64,000 nucleotides of DNA from a virus (Duplodnaviria; Heunggongvirae; Uroviricota; Caudoviricetes): IMG/VR virus record IMGVR_UViG_3300031111_000007, positions 64,001 to 128,000 of that record; one strand, written 5' to 3'. Position 1 is the stretch's first letter. Every line of letters starts with the position of its first letter. The notes under the pieces are model-generated. The model saw nothing but the letters and a program-made list of their open reading frames with translations, was not told the DNA's origin and searched no databases. This document shows, piece by piece, positions 38,831 through 48,166 of this stretch. The translations under genes and the position numbers were made by a program.

Positions 38831-39388
38831 TTAATCAATTTCTTCATAATAATATACTGATGATCTTATTTTATCACCACTGTTTGCTACTTCACCAAGA
38901 ATACCAATAGAATTATTATTACCCAAAACAAGACCACCATTAAAATCATAGGAAAATGTATTTTTTGATAATCTTATATCCCAAAGTTCATTAATTTGAA
39001 CATAATCAAAATCTAAATTATTACCAAATCCGTTATATGCTGTTACTTCAGAACTTTTATTTGATGTTCTATTCATATTCAATGGTACTACAACAGTACC
39101 ACCACTTGCATATGTTGTTCCTACATATAATTCAGCTTTACATAAATCTGAATTTGTAGAAATAATAATTTTAGAAACATGTAATGATCCACTTCCATTA
39201 TATGTCAATTGCAAAATACCTTGTTCCACATTAGCCACTGTAAAATCTCTTTTACCATAAACTAAAAATGCTTTCTCATTATATTCAGATTGAAATGCAA
39301 TTTCATCTCTTGAAGTTGAATATGTCCATAATCTATTATTTCTATCTACTTTCGCTAAATATCCTTTTCCTGATCCGTCTTTTATCAT
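38831..39388 (-). CDS. Putative virion structural protein, paralog of 38252-38812
   Basis: IKDGSGKGYLAKV; similar size. Confidence 0.55.
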   Translation of the reverse strand: MIKDGSGKGYLAKVDRNNRLWTYSTSRDEIAFQSEYNEKAFLVYGKRDFTVANVEQGILQLTYNGSGSLHVSKIIISTNSDLCKAELYVGTTYASGGTVVVPLNMNRTSNKSSEVTAYNGFGNNLDFDYVQINELWDIRLSKNTFSYDFNGGLVLGNNNSIGILGEVANSGDKIRSSVYYYEEID

Positions 39389-39400
39389 TTTTATTATTCC

Positions 39401-39637
39401 TTATCTAAAAATTTCACTCATTTCTGTCTGTATATCTCTTACTGTAATATTATTATCAGTCATAAGAGACAAATGATAGTTCATAATTTTCAATTCCTTT
39501 ATAATATTATAAAGAAGTTCTCTATTAATATCGTCACCTGTTTTCAGTGTATCTTGTGTTTGATCAATTACACCAATAGATTGAGTATTACCATCATTAT
39601 CTGTTCCTTTCAATCTACTTCCAGCAAAAACTATCAT
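39401..39637 (-). CDS. Small hypothetical late protein
   Basis: Directly after late promoter. Confidence 0.5.
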   Translation of the reverse strand: MIVFAGSRLKGTDNDGNTQSIGVIDQTQDTLKTGDDINRELLYNIIKELKIMNYHLSLMTDNNITVRDIQTEMSEIFR

Positions 39638-39655
39638 AATATAACCTCTAACTAA

Positions 39656-39663
39656 TATTTATA
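39656..39663 (-). promoter_or_regulatory. T4-type late promoter TATAAATA
   Basis: Exact intergenic match. Confidence 0.75.
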
Positions 39664-39667
39664 TAAT

Positions 39668-40987
39668 TTATTCTTTATGATCTACATATGATGTAAACTG
39701 TCCAATCACTCCATGTTTTGCATCCCATAAATATGATTCTGCTGCATGATAATTCTTGATATATCCTTTCTTATAATGCCATTGATCTGTACCAGCAATA
39801 CTTGGTATCATTCTCACAACAGTTCCCGGCATTGTATCAACATTTATCCAATGCATCTGCATTTTTTTATGCTTATGACCAATATGAATTTCTCTATACT
39901 TAGAAGACCCCCATAGAATAGGTTCTTCAGTAGCAATAATAGATGGTAAATCTCTCAATGGTTCTTCTACACCATGAGTATAAGCAATCAAACAATCACC
40001 CCATGGATAGTACTTTCTCCACTTAGGATTCTTATCTACCGTTACATCCTTATCATCTTCAAAAATATGATCGATAACATCACACATATAATATGATGTA
40101 TCTGGATCATGATTTCCCGGCACCCATACGACATCTACTGGTGCAACTTCTCTACAATAATTTATCGCCTTAATTACAGCTTTCTTAGCTTTTTGATAAA
40201 TCTTGATAAGTCTTGAATCAACATCCAATGGATTATGATTTTGTGGTGTTAAGTTACTAGGATCATTGATATGTAGAAAATCATTACCAAATGGAAATAA
40301 AATTCTCCTTGGATTATAACCTGAAGACTTCTCAAGTAAATCCTGTACAGCATATAGAAACAATTCTTCTGCTATATCAATATCATAATCAGTTCCTGTT
40401 TCTTTTCCCCATGCCAACATACCAAAGTGAACATCCATCAATGCGATTTCTAGTAAATAATCAGAATCGTCATTGTTAAAATTCTTTTTAGGTGTTTTCA
40501 GTTTAGGAACATCTTCAATGAGAAGTCGAATAGCTTCAACCCATTCCATATTATGCAGCTTTCTGAGCCATACCTGAATCTTGTACATGGTTACGGTTTT
40601 AGGTTTGTCAATCATAATAGGATTGCCCTTCTCATCAAACCTACCTGTTTCGGTCTTAACCTTTAATGTAACCTGCCAATTACCAATCGTATACCTATCT
40701 ACCTTCCATTGAGTCATGTCCACGTTAGCGACCTCTAAGGCTTGTTCTAAGGTAGTAATTGTAAGGGATTCAAGATCAAGTGTAGCATTATTCTTTGAAG
40801 TCTGATTAAATGCTATCTTTTCTTCTAATGGTTTGTGACCTTGTTTGATATTATTCTTCTTGAGTGGTCGAATGACCTTTCTAATGTAGGACTCTCTGAC
40901 ATTCAGTTCTTGTGCTAATTTCTTTCTACTAAACTCAGGATTTTCATAGTATACTTCCCTGATTCGATCTGATTTATTCATACACAA
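39668..40987 (-). CDS. Calcineurin-like metallophosphoesterase/nuclease with N-terminal HTH
   Basis: DVHFG, GNDFLH, PGNHD, THG, HIGHKH. Confidence 0.85.
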   Translation of the reverse strand: MCMNKSDRIREVYYENPEFSRKKLAQELNVRESYIRKVIRPLKKNNIKQGHKPLEEKIAFNQTSKNNATLDLESLTITTLEQALEVANVDMTQWKVDRYTIGNWQVTLKVKTETGRFDEKGNPIMIDKPKTVTMYKIQVWLRKLHNMEWVEAIRLLIEDVPKLKTPKKNFNNDDSDYLLEIALMDVHFGMLAWGKETGTDYDIDIAEELFLYAVQDLLEKSSGYNPRRILFPFGNDFLHINDPSNLTPQNHNPLDVDSRLIKIYQKAKKAVIKAINYCREVAPVDVVWVPGNHDPDTSYYMCDVIDHIFEDDKDVTVDKNPKWRKYYPWGDCLIAYTHGVEEPLRDLPSIIATEEPILWGSSKYREIHIGHKHKKMQMHWINVDTMPGTVVRMIPSIAGTDQWHYKKGYIKNYHAAESYLWDAKHGVIGQFTSYVDHKE

Positions 40988-41015
40988 TCTCCTTTATTAT
41001 ACACATATTTACTTT

Positions 41016-41558
41016 TTATCGCACTAACATATCTATTCTTTCTGCTATTTTTTTCTTAGAAACTTCTGTATCTTTAATCTCTCCACCTTTTTCTTTATTC
41101 TTAACATCTATATTAACAAATGGTTCTTCTTCTCCACCTGTTTGATCTTCTCCTGCTTTTCTCCAAGGTTGAAGTGCATCATCAAACCCCTTCTCTACAT
41201 CCTCTGGTGATACATACTTAAATCGTTTAACAATATTATTCCACGTTCCTTTTGGTAGTAAGTCTTTTAATCCTCTAAGTGTATTGGAATAGTTATTTTT
41301 ATCTTCCATACCACCTGACATTGCAAACTCATCCCATTTCCAATCACTCAAATCTACTTCCCATGACTTATCAAAACTTGTCAGTCTATTGAAATATGGT
41401 GTTTTCTTATACTTCTCACCATATACAATATTCCCCGGTGGACGATCATCATCACTAGCAACACCAGTTCCATTATCAGGATAGTTTCTAGCAGTTGTAG
41501 CCTCTAACAAATCAAGTGCTTCTGATAGAGTATATTTACCCTTTCGTTTTTTTGACAT
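41016..41558 (-). CDS. Hypothetical protein
   Basis: ORF track. Confidence 0.55.
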   Translation of the reverse strand: MSKKRKGKYTLSEALDLLEATTARNYPDNGTGVASDDDRPPGNIVYGEKYKKTPYFNRLTSFDKSWEVDLSDWKWDEFAMSGGMEDKNNYSNTLRGLKDLLPKGTWNNIVKRFKYVSPEDVEKGFDDALQPWRKAGEDQTGGEEEPFVNIDVKNKEKGGEIKDTEVSKKKIAERIDMLVR

Positions 41559-41597
41559 TATCTAATATCCTCAAGCGTTTTATTCCATCTGCCAGTG

Positions 41598-41954
41598 TTA
41601 TTTTTCTTTTTTCTTTCTTGATCCTTTTCGCCATTCTGTTGTTCCTTTTGCACGATCAACTATACTTGCACAAAAACCACCTGCTTTTTCTCTATCCCAT
41701 CCTTTCTTACTTTCCATTCTGGTAATACAAGCATTCATAAAACCATGTTGTTTTGGATCAGCACCAATTGTCTTACCAAACTTCTCAGTAGATTTCTTAG
41801 TCCATCCTGCTGCTTTAATTGCCATTTCACTTAGTTCATCATCATTAAGATATTCTAATGTATCCCTTAAAAGATTCTCTATCTCAAGTTTATCAAGAAT
41901 ATCTAACTCTGGTTTCTTAGGAACATTTAAATATTTATCGGTTGTCTCACTCAT
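41598..41954 (-). CDS. Hypothetical (putative internal head) protein
   Basis: Start MSETTDKYL; C-terminal GFMNACI...GGFCAS domain. Confidence 0.5.
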   Translation of the reverse strand: MSETTDKYLNVPKKPELDILDKLEIENLLRDTLEYLNDDELSEMAIKAAGWTKKSTEKFGKTIGADPKQHGFMNACITRMESKKGWDREKAGGFCASIVDRAKGTTEWRKGSRKKKEK

Positions 41955-42342
41955 CATCATTCTCCATCTGAGTATCATCGATATCCATGTCAGTCTTAGG
42001 AACATAGGCACCTAATAGAGTATCAAACTTCAAATCGGGTCTTCCTAAGTTCTCTTTAGCTTTATCATCATTTTTATCGATTACTTTTTCTTTAGTTTCT
42101 AAAGCATCTATAAGATTAAATTCTCTACCCCATACTCTTGTTTGACCAGAACCAACAACAGCGGCAGCAACAATAGATTCATTTGTATCAGGAACACAAG
42201 TTTTCCTTTTCTTATCATACACCATACCATCAGGACATTCACCCCCAATAACATCAATATTACCCTTAGTATTATTAGTGGTTACATCAGCAGCAACCGT
42301 AGTATCGACAATTAACTTATCTATTTTACCAACCAAATCCAT
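41947..42342 (-). CDS. Hypothetical protein with a small Cys motif
   Basis: ECPDGMVYDKKRKTCVP. Confidence 0.5.
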   Translation of the reverse strand: MDLVGKIDKLIVDTTVAADVTTNNTKGNIDVIGGECPDGMVYDKKRKTCVPDTNESIVAAAVVGSGQTRVWGREFNLIDALETKEKVIDKNDDKAKENLGRPDLKFDTLLGAYVPKTDMDIDDTQMENDDE

Positions 42343-42827
42343 TATTCCTCCTTTGGGTCTTCAAGCATAATAGAGAATCTTGATTTCTTCTTCTCTTTTA
42401 TGATTCTTTCTTCTTTATCCTTTATTTCTTTTTTCTTTTCTTTCTTCTCATCTACTTCTTTAACTTTAGAAACCTTAATGACATTATCAGCTTCTTCTAA
42501 GAAACCCTTGATATCTGTCATTTCAGCTTTTACTTCCAAAGGAATTTCAAGATTTACAGTATCTTTCCAAGGAGTGAATAATTTACCCTTCGCAACAACA
42601 TCCAATCTAACTTCGGCTGTCTTTGTTCTTCTTAATTTACTCTCTTTGACATATTCTTTAAGTGGTGGAATCTTCACTTGAATTTTCTTGCCATCAAGTT
42701 TAGCTGGAAACCCATACTCTATATCATCTATGGTAATTCTCACCTTACCTGAAAGATCATTGACATCCCCACCTTCAATAACAGCATTGAATTCAAGCAT
42801 TTTTGCTTCATTTATCTTCAAATCCAT
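42342..42827 (-). CDS. Hypothetical late protein, paralog of 35702-36082
   Basis: After late promoter 42862. Confidence 0.55.
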   Translation of the reverse strand: MDLKINEAKMLEFNAVIEGGDVNDLSGKVRITIDDIEYGFPAKLDGKKIQVKIPPLKEYVKESKLRRTKTAEVRLDVVAKGKLFTPWKDTVNLEIPLEVKAEMTDIKGFLEEADNVIKVSKVKEVDEKKEKKKEIKDKEERIIKEKKKSRFSIMLEDPKEE

Positions 42828-42861
42828 AATGCTCTCCCTTAAAATATAAATTACTCATATA

Positions 42862-42869
42862 TATTTATA
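42862..42869 (-). promoter_or_regulatory. T4-type late promoter TATAAATA
   Basis: Exact intergenic match. Confidence 0.75.
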
Positions 42870-42883
42870 TTTTTAAAACTTTT

Positions 42884-43822
42884 TTATCCCATTGCCCACC
42901 ACTTTTTAAGTAACTCTTGTTTCTTCTCAGGGTCTTTCTCATCGTGGTATTTCTTAGCCATATTTACCTTTGCAGTCATATACCGATTGTCAATATATTT
43001 TGGATTAGGTGGTATTTTCTTTCTTCGATGTGCATTATTCCACTCACCATGTATATGTCTAAAACCTAATATATCATACCACGTTCCCCCCGGTTCAGCT
43101 ACTTGTGTATTCACAGGATTTTTTGGTACTTTCTTCAGTTTCAATCCTAATTGTTTAATAGCAATAGCAAATCTTGATTCTGTATTACCCATTCTTTCGG
43201 CATACTTCTCATATGTATCAATACCAATAAGATAATCTCTGAAGTGTTTCATTACTGCTTGTATAGCTTCTGTTTTAGCTATAAAGGAAGTAGTATTAAA
43301 TAGCTCTCGACCACCATTATGTTCATACCCACAACCCATTATATCAGCATCACCTAGCATTTCCATGATCTGAGGAAACCCTTCAGGCTTTTCAAGAACA
43401 CAGTCACCATTGGAACAGAAGATGTATTTGAATGACCCCATTGTATGTAATCCAAAATACAAACACCAAAAATAAGGATATAAAACACCACCCCATGTTT
43501 GATGATGTGGAATGAGAAAAGTATCTGCCATATCATATACATCACGTTTAGGTAAACATTGTTCATATGTTATCGCTTTATTCTTTGGATCAAAATAATT
43601 ATCATATACTACTGTTGTCCAAAATCCCAACTGTTTATGTGTAGCCAATGACGCTTTTAGAAATGGTCTATTACCCGGATGAGAAGTAAGGACAACCCCA
43701 ACATCCTTAAATACTTTCATAGCCCATTCATCATTAGCCATCATATCTTTTACAATTTGTTTATAATGCTTTTTTTCTGGTCCGGGTTTTAAACTCTTAA
43801 CCCATTCTCTTGTTACTGTCAT
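42884..43822 (-). CDS. Putative GT-A-like glycosyltransferase
   Basis: VVLTSH...VVYDN; FCSNGDC; paralog of 45200-46258. Confidence 0.5.
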   Translation of the reverse strand: MTVTREWVKSLKPGPEKKHYKQIVKDMMANDEWAMKVFKDVGVVLTSHPGNRPFLKASLATHKQLGFWTTVVYDNYFDPKNKAITYEQCLPKRDVYDMADTFLIPHHQTWGGVLYPYFWCLYFGLHTMGSFKYIFCSNGDCVLEKPEGFPQIMEMLGDADIMGCGYEHNGGRELFNTTSFIAKTEAIQAVMKHFRDYLIGIDTYEKYAERMGNTESRFAIAIKQLGLKLKKVPKNPVNTQVAEPGGTWYDILGFRHIHGEWNNAHRRKKIPPNPKYIDNRYMTAKVNMAKKYHDEKDPEKKQELLKKWWAMG

Positions 43823-43977
43823 ATAACTTCAATCTCCCATTTTTTCTTCTCACAATATTTTCTTATCCACCATAAAGTTCTACCCTTCATCCACTTAATA
43901 ATGGGTGCAGGGTAGACTACTTTACTATCTTTAATTTCAGCACCAGCACAAAAATGTGGTGCTGTTATTCTTATCAT
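43819..43977 (-). CDS. Small phage hypothetical protein
   Basis: Read manually: MIRITAPHFCAG...APIIKWMKG...WEIEVI. Confidence 0.6.
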   Translation of the reverse strand: MIRITAPHFCAGAEIKDSKVVYPAPIIKWMKGRTLWWIRKYCEKKKWEIEVI

Positions 43978-43979
43978 TC

Positions 43980-44234
43980 TCATAGTTGAATTCTTTCTTT
44001 TTTATCTTGAGCTTCTATCATCTTCTGTTTTTTATTTTCTTCTATAATCGCTTTTCTCCTAGCTTCATCTTTTTCCAGTAAATTTTTCAAAGTATATACA
44101 ATAGTATAATTATCTCTTTCCCTTACCCATTTTGCGTGAGGGGTAGGATCATTACCAAGATAAACTCTTTCATTACAAATTCCCATTACAGGAATCATCA
44201 TAACAATAATTATTGCAATAATTAATTTTTTCAT
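43980..44234 (-). CDS. Small exported hypothetical protein
   Basis: MKKLIIAIIIVMMIPVMGIC signal/TM. Confidence 0.5.
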   Translation of the reverse strand: MKKLIIAIIIVMMIPVMGICNERVYLGNDPTPHAKWVRERDNYTIVYTLKNLLEKDEARRKAIIEENKKQKMIEAQDKKERIQL

Positions 44235-45199
44235 ATCAATTCATCCTTTGCTCTTTCATTTAATATCTTCTTTGTAACAGAAAGGTCTTTAGCTACCCAA
44301 GCATCCCACATAAAATCATTGATATATTTATATGGAAGTAAACCATAACCTTTATTACCCCATTCTTTACCCCAACTATTTTTGAATTTAATAACCTTAT
44401 TAACATCATCATATCCAACAGCACAAATCGCATGACCACCATAAAACCAATCTGGATTAGCAGGATATGGAATATAACCATTACCACCAACATAAAAAAT
44501 TTCCTCAAAACAAGCAATACCAATTACCGTAGGACCATTATTAGCCAGTGAGGATTTTAATGAATTCAAATCTTCACATCTATAATAAGAATCAATTAAA
44601 CCCCATTTAGCGATCATCTTTGCCCATGATTCAGGTTTTCCTTTATAACTTTCATTATAAGGATATGCTTTTTCACATGGAACACCAATTTTTTGAAGTA
44701 CTTTCATGGCAAATTTAATACTGGTTCCTTCATCATCCGGCCATGGATCGATTTCTTTGGCTTTATAATAAATCCATTGTTCGGATAAATCATATTCATC
44801 TTCTTCTCTTATATATGATTTACCAGCAGCAATTTCTTTCATATATTCCTGTTGTTCTTGCCATTCCTTCATCGCAGCAGTAGCAAAACCAACACATGAC
44901 CCCAACTCACCCTGATCTTTCACATGACTCATCTCTGTTGTCCAATCAATTTTCGCTGGTAGTCCATAAAGACTAGAAGATAATTTATAATCTCTATTAT
45001 CCACTTCATCTTTAATGAGATTTAATTTAATAGTATCCAATAAAGTTTTTTCTACTTGAACAGATGGAAGTCTATCTTTATTCACTACTACCTTTTTTTC
45101 TACTACTGGTTTTTTCTCCCCTGATTTCAACTCATTTATTTGTTTATCTGTCATTCCGGGTTTTAAACCGGGAATTTTTTTTATTTCAATATTATTCAT
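44231..45199 (-). CDS. Papain-like cysteine peptidase (C1A)
   Basis: DQGELGSCVGFA, LSEQW, GGHAICAVGY, KNSWG. Confidence 0.92.
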   Translation of the reverse strand: MNNIEIKKIPGLKPGMTDKQINELKSGEKKPVVEKKVVVNKDRLPSVQVEKTLLDTIKLNLIKDEVDNRDYKLSSSLYGLPAKIDWTTEMSHVKDQGELGSCVGFATAAMKEWQEQQEYMKEIAAGKSYIREEDEYDLSEQWIYYKAKEIDPWPDDEGTSIKFAMKVLQKIGVPCEKAYPYNESYKGKPESWAKMIAKWGLIDSYYRCEDLNSLKSSLANNGPTVIGIACFEEIFYVGGNGYIPYPANPDWFYGGHAICAVGYDDVNKVIKFKNSWGKEWGNKGYGLLPYKYINDFMWDAWVAKDLSVTKKILNERAKDELI

Positions 45200-46258
45200 T
45201 CATCCTCCATTATCTATTACTTTTTTCCACTTCTTTTCATATTCCTCATCTTTGAGCACAAATGAATTATATTTCCACCGATTAAAATCTCCTGTTCTTT
45301 CTGAAGTTGGTCCTAATTCTTTTCGTTTAGAATCATCTTCCAATACTTCATCACCATAATATTCAATTGGATAATACCTACGGTTCCAATAACTATCTTC
45401 TCCTTGATCATAATACATATATAACCATCGTCTATCATTTAATAGATAATAATTCAATAATGTATTTCTCTCATGTTGATTAAGATATTTACCACCTTGT
45501 CTAAGATCAAAATACTTTGATGGTACAGGTTCAAGATGCTCTTGACATGCTGCCTTATGTTCACCACCCAAATTACGATAACCCACCACTTCTTTAAATG
45601 TTGAATCCTGATGATATGAACTATAATGATCCACTCTACCACCATAAAAATGCTTCTTTGGATATAATGGTTGTTTCTCAACAGGTATATTCACAAAAGT
45701 ATCATACTGTTTCATAAAATCCCTGAGTAAAACTTCTGGTGAATATGACTCTGGAATATTTTTATTTAAAGCATCTTTTATTTCTTCAACAAAAGTTATA
45801 AAACATGCTCTACTCCAAACCATATTACAGGTATGTATAAGATTATTATCACAAGACGCACTCAATATATCATATATTCCCAATCTGTCTATCAGTCCAT
45901 TGATACCCTCTGGTTTATCCCAAATACAATCACCATTTCCTAATATCACATTTCTCACATTCTGAAATGATTCAACTATACCAGCAGCATAAACTATATC
46001 CCATAACCACCCGTTTCTCTTTTCTGCACCATATGTCTTGTGTTTCCATACCCAAGCATCAGGAATATCTAAAATATCACTAGGTGGAGTCTCAGTATGT
46101 CTATCATATGAACATATAACATACTTACCAGTTTCTTTATACTGTCTAAGTACATGCTTCAAAAACATCAAATGACCATCATATGTTGGTACGATGATAA
46201 CCGTATCCGTTTCGCCAATAGGATTATTGCTTATAAAATCTTTACTAGTAACAACCAT
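45200..46258 (-). CDS. Putative GT-A-like glycosyltransferase
   Basis: IIVPTY...SYD; LGNGDC; paralog of 42884-43822. Confidence 0.5.
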   Translation of the reverse strand: MVVTSKDFISNNPIGETDTVIIVPTYDGHLMFLKHVLRQYKETGKYVICSYDRHTETPPSDILDIPDAWVWKHKTYGAEKRNGWLWDIVYAAGIVESFQNVRNVILGNGDCIWDKPEGINGLIDRLGIYDILSASCDNNLIHTCNMVWSRACFITFVEEIKDALNKNIPESYSPEVLLRDFMKQYDTFVNIPVEKQPLYPKKHFYGGRVDHYSSYHQDSTFKEVVGYRNLGGEHKAACQEHLEPVPSKYFDLRQGGKYLNQHERNTLLNYYLLNDRRWLYMYYDQGEDSYWNRRYYPIEYYGDEVLEDDSKRKELGPTSERTGDFNRWKYNSFVLKDEEYEKKWKKVIDNGG

Positions 46259-46853
46259 CGTCTATCCTCACCATAGTTAAACCAACACCAAATGCGGTAT
46301 TCTCTTTAAAGGTAAAACTAAGAATACCAGAATGTTCCTCTATTTCTTTTCTCAGTTTATATACAGTTCCACATTTATTTTCTGTTGTCCATGATTTATC
46401 AGGTGGACAAGTATCATGTAAAAATATATAACCACCCTTTTCCATGTTCTTTATGGTATTATAATAGTCTTTACTCACTTGTTCATATGTATGATCACCA
46501 TCAATAAAAGCCAATGATAATTTAATATTTCCTTTTTCAAGATATTCTTTTTCAAAAAACTCATCTGATGTCATATTAAATATTTTGGAGTTTTCACCAA
46601 AATACCCATTGGTGTTTTTCATGTTCTCAACACCACTTCTGGAATATTCTACATGATAACAAAAACGATTATATTTTTCTGCAAGATGAGAAAAGTAAAT
46701 AGATGATTCACCACAACCAATCTCAAGTATATTTCCTTTACGAAATGTCAAAACATAATCACAAAGTACTCCTAACAAACCCCATCTTGTCCAATCATGT
46801 TTTCCTGATACTACTTCTTTATATAAATTCTTTAATGCTGGATGTTCGGCCAT
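46245..46853 (-). CDS. Class I SAM methyltransferase (Methyltransf_24-like)
   Basis: ILEIGCGESS, FIDGDHTY, IFLHD. Confidence 0.85.
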   Translation of the reverse strand: MAEHPALKNLYKEVVSGKHDWTRWGLLGVLCDYVLTFRKGNILEIGCGESSIYFSHLAEKYNRFCYHVEYSRSGVENMKNTNGYFGENSKIFNMTSDEFFEKEYLEKGNIKLSLAFIDGDHTYEQVSKDYYNTIKNMEKGGYIFLHDTCPPDKSWTTENKCGTVYKLRKEIEEHSGILSFTFKENTAFGVGLTMVRIDDGCY

Positions 46854-47959
46854 CACCAACCCCCTTTTATTGACTCCACAATATAAGAACGATCCTCTGG
46901 TGTCAACCACCACCCAACAGGGATGCAGATCATTTTATCGATGATGGATTCTAAACCGGGAAGTTCTCGCTTATATTTATAAAAACAAGTATGCTTATCA
47001 TTTCTTTCATGGACTCTTGATACAGAAATACCCTTACTTCCCATCATATGAGTAAATTCAGAACGTCTATCAACCAACATTGAAAAAAGCCAATAAGATG
47101 ATTGTCTATCTTTGGCTACTTGTGGAAGCTCAATACCACTAACATCAGCAAGTTCTTTTTCATAATAAGCAGCATTATTAGATGCTGCATTTATATTTTC
47201 TTGAGCTAATTCCATATTTTCCATTCCAATAGTAGCACATACATCATTCATATGAAATTTATAACCAAATTCAGAAATATCATCCTCACATCTAAAATCA
47301 GTTCTTGGTGATTCTCTATCGATACCATACCATCTGAGAAGTTTTCCACGTTTATAATCATCCTCATAACCACAACACAAAGCACCACCATCAATAGAAG
47401 TTAAATGTTTAATCGCCTGAAAACTGAACATGGTATAATCAGAAAAAGAACAATCACCTATTGGATGATGTTGATATACACTTCCATATGCATGAGCAGC
47501 ATCTTCAATAACAGGAATACCAGTATCACATGATAGCTTATGTATTTCTTCCATATCACAAGGATACCCACCCCAATGTACAACTATAATAGCCTTTGTC
47601 TTATCAGTAATACATCGAACAATAGAAGATGGATCAATGTTTAAATCCCTTTTCACATCAGCCCATACTATATCAGCACCCATACCAAGGATCGGCATAT
47701 TAGTAGCTGTACATGTCAATGGAGTAGTAATAACCTCATCACCCGGACCTACATTACAAAGTCTTAATGCCAATGATAAACCATGTGTACCAGAAGATAA
47801 AGTTAAAACTTTCTGATTCGCAAATACATAAGAAAGTTCTTCTTCAAATTTCTTAACAGCCGGTCCCTGTCCAATCCATCCAGAATGAATTACTCTCAAT
47901 AATTCTGAATTTACTTCTGGTGACATAGCTACACGAAACATTGGGATATTTCTTTTCAT
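46853..47959 (-). CDS. DegT/DnrJ/EryC1/StrS sugar aminotransferase
   Basis: VITTPLT, VIEDAAHA, FSFQAIKHLTSIDGG. Confidence 0.93.
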   Translation of the reverse strand: MKRNIPMFRVAMSPEVNSELLRVIHSGWIGQGPAVKKFEEELSYVFANQKVLTLSSGTHGLSLALRLCNVGPGDEVITTPLTCTATNMPILGMGADIVWADVKRDLNIDPSSIVRCITDKTKAIIVVHWGGYPCDMEEIHKLSCDTGIPVIEDAAHAYGSVYQHHPIGDCSFSDYTMFSFQAIKHLTSIDGGALCCGYEDDYKRGKLLRWYGIDRESPRTDFRCEDDISEFGYKFHMNDVCATIGMENMELAQENINAASNNAAYYEKELADVSGIELPQVAKDRQSSYWLFSMLVDRRSEFTHMMGSKGISVSRVHERNDKHTCFYKYKRELPGLESIIDKMICIPVGWWLTPEDRSYIVESIKGGW

Positions 47960-47968
47960 ATCTTCTCC

Positions 47969-48166
47969 TTAATCAAATGATTCTTGAACAGCATAAGTCA
48001 TTGCAAAAAAACCAACCACATACGCTACAATCAAAACCCAAAACAAAACACTATGACCATAAAATTCTGCACCCTTTACCCATTCAATCCCAAATGGTGC
48101 AGCAGCAAATAAAGTAGTCAACTGAAACGAATTAAACCATTTTAACATAATTATTCTCCTAACCAT
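47969..48166 (-). CDS. Small membrane protein
   Basis: Two hydrophobic segments. Confidence 0.4.
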   Translation of the reverse strand: MVRRIIMLKWFNSFQLTTLFAAAPFGIEWVKGAEFYGHSVLFWVLIVAYVVGFFAMTYAVQESFD

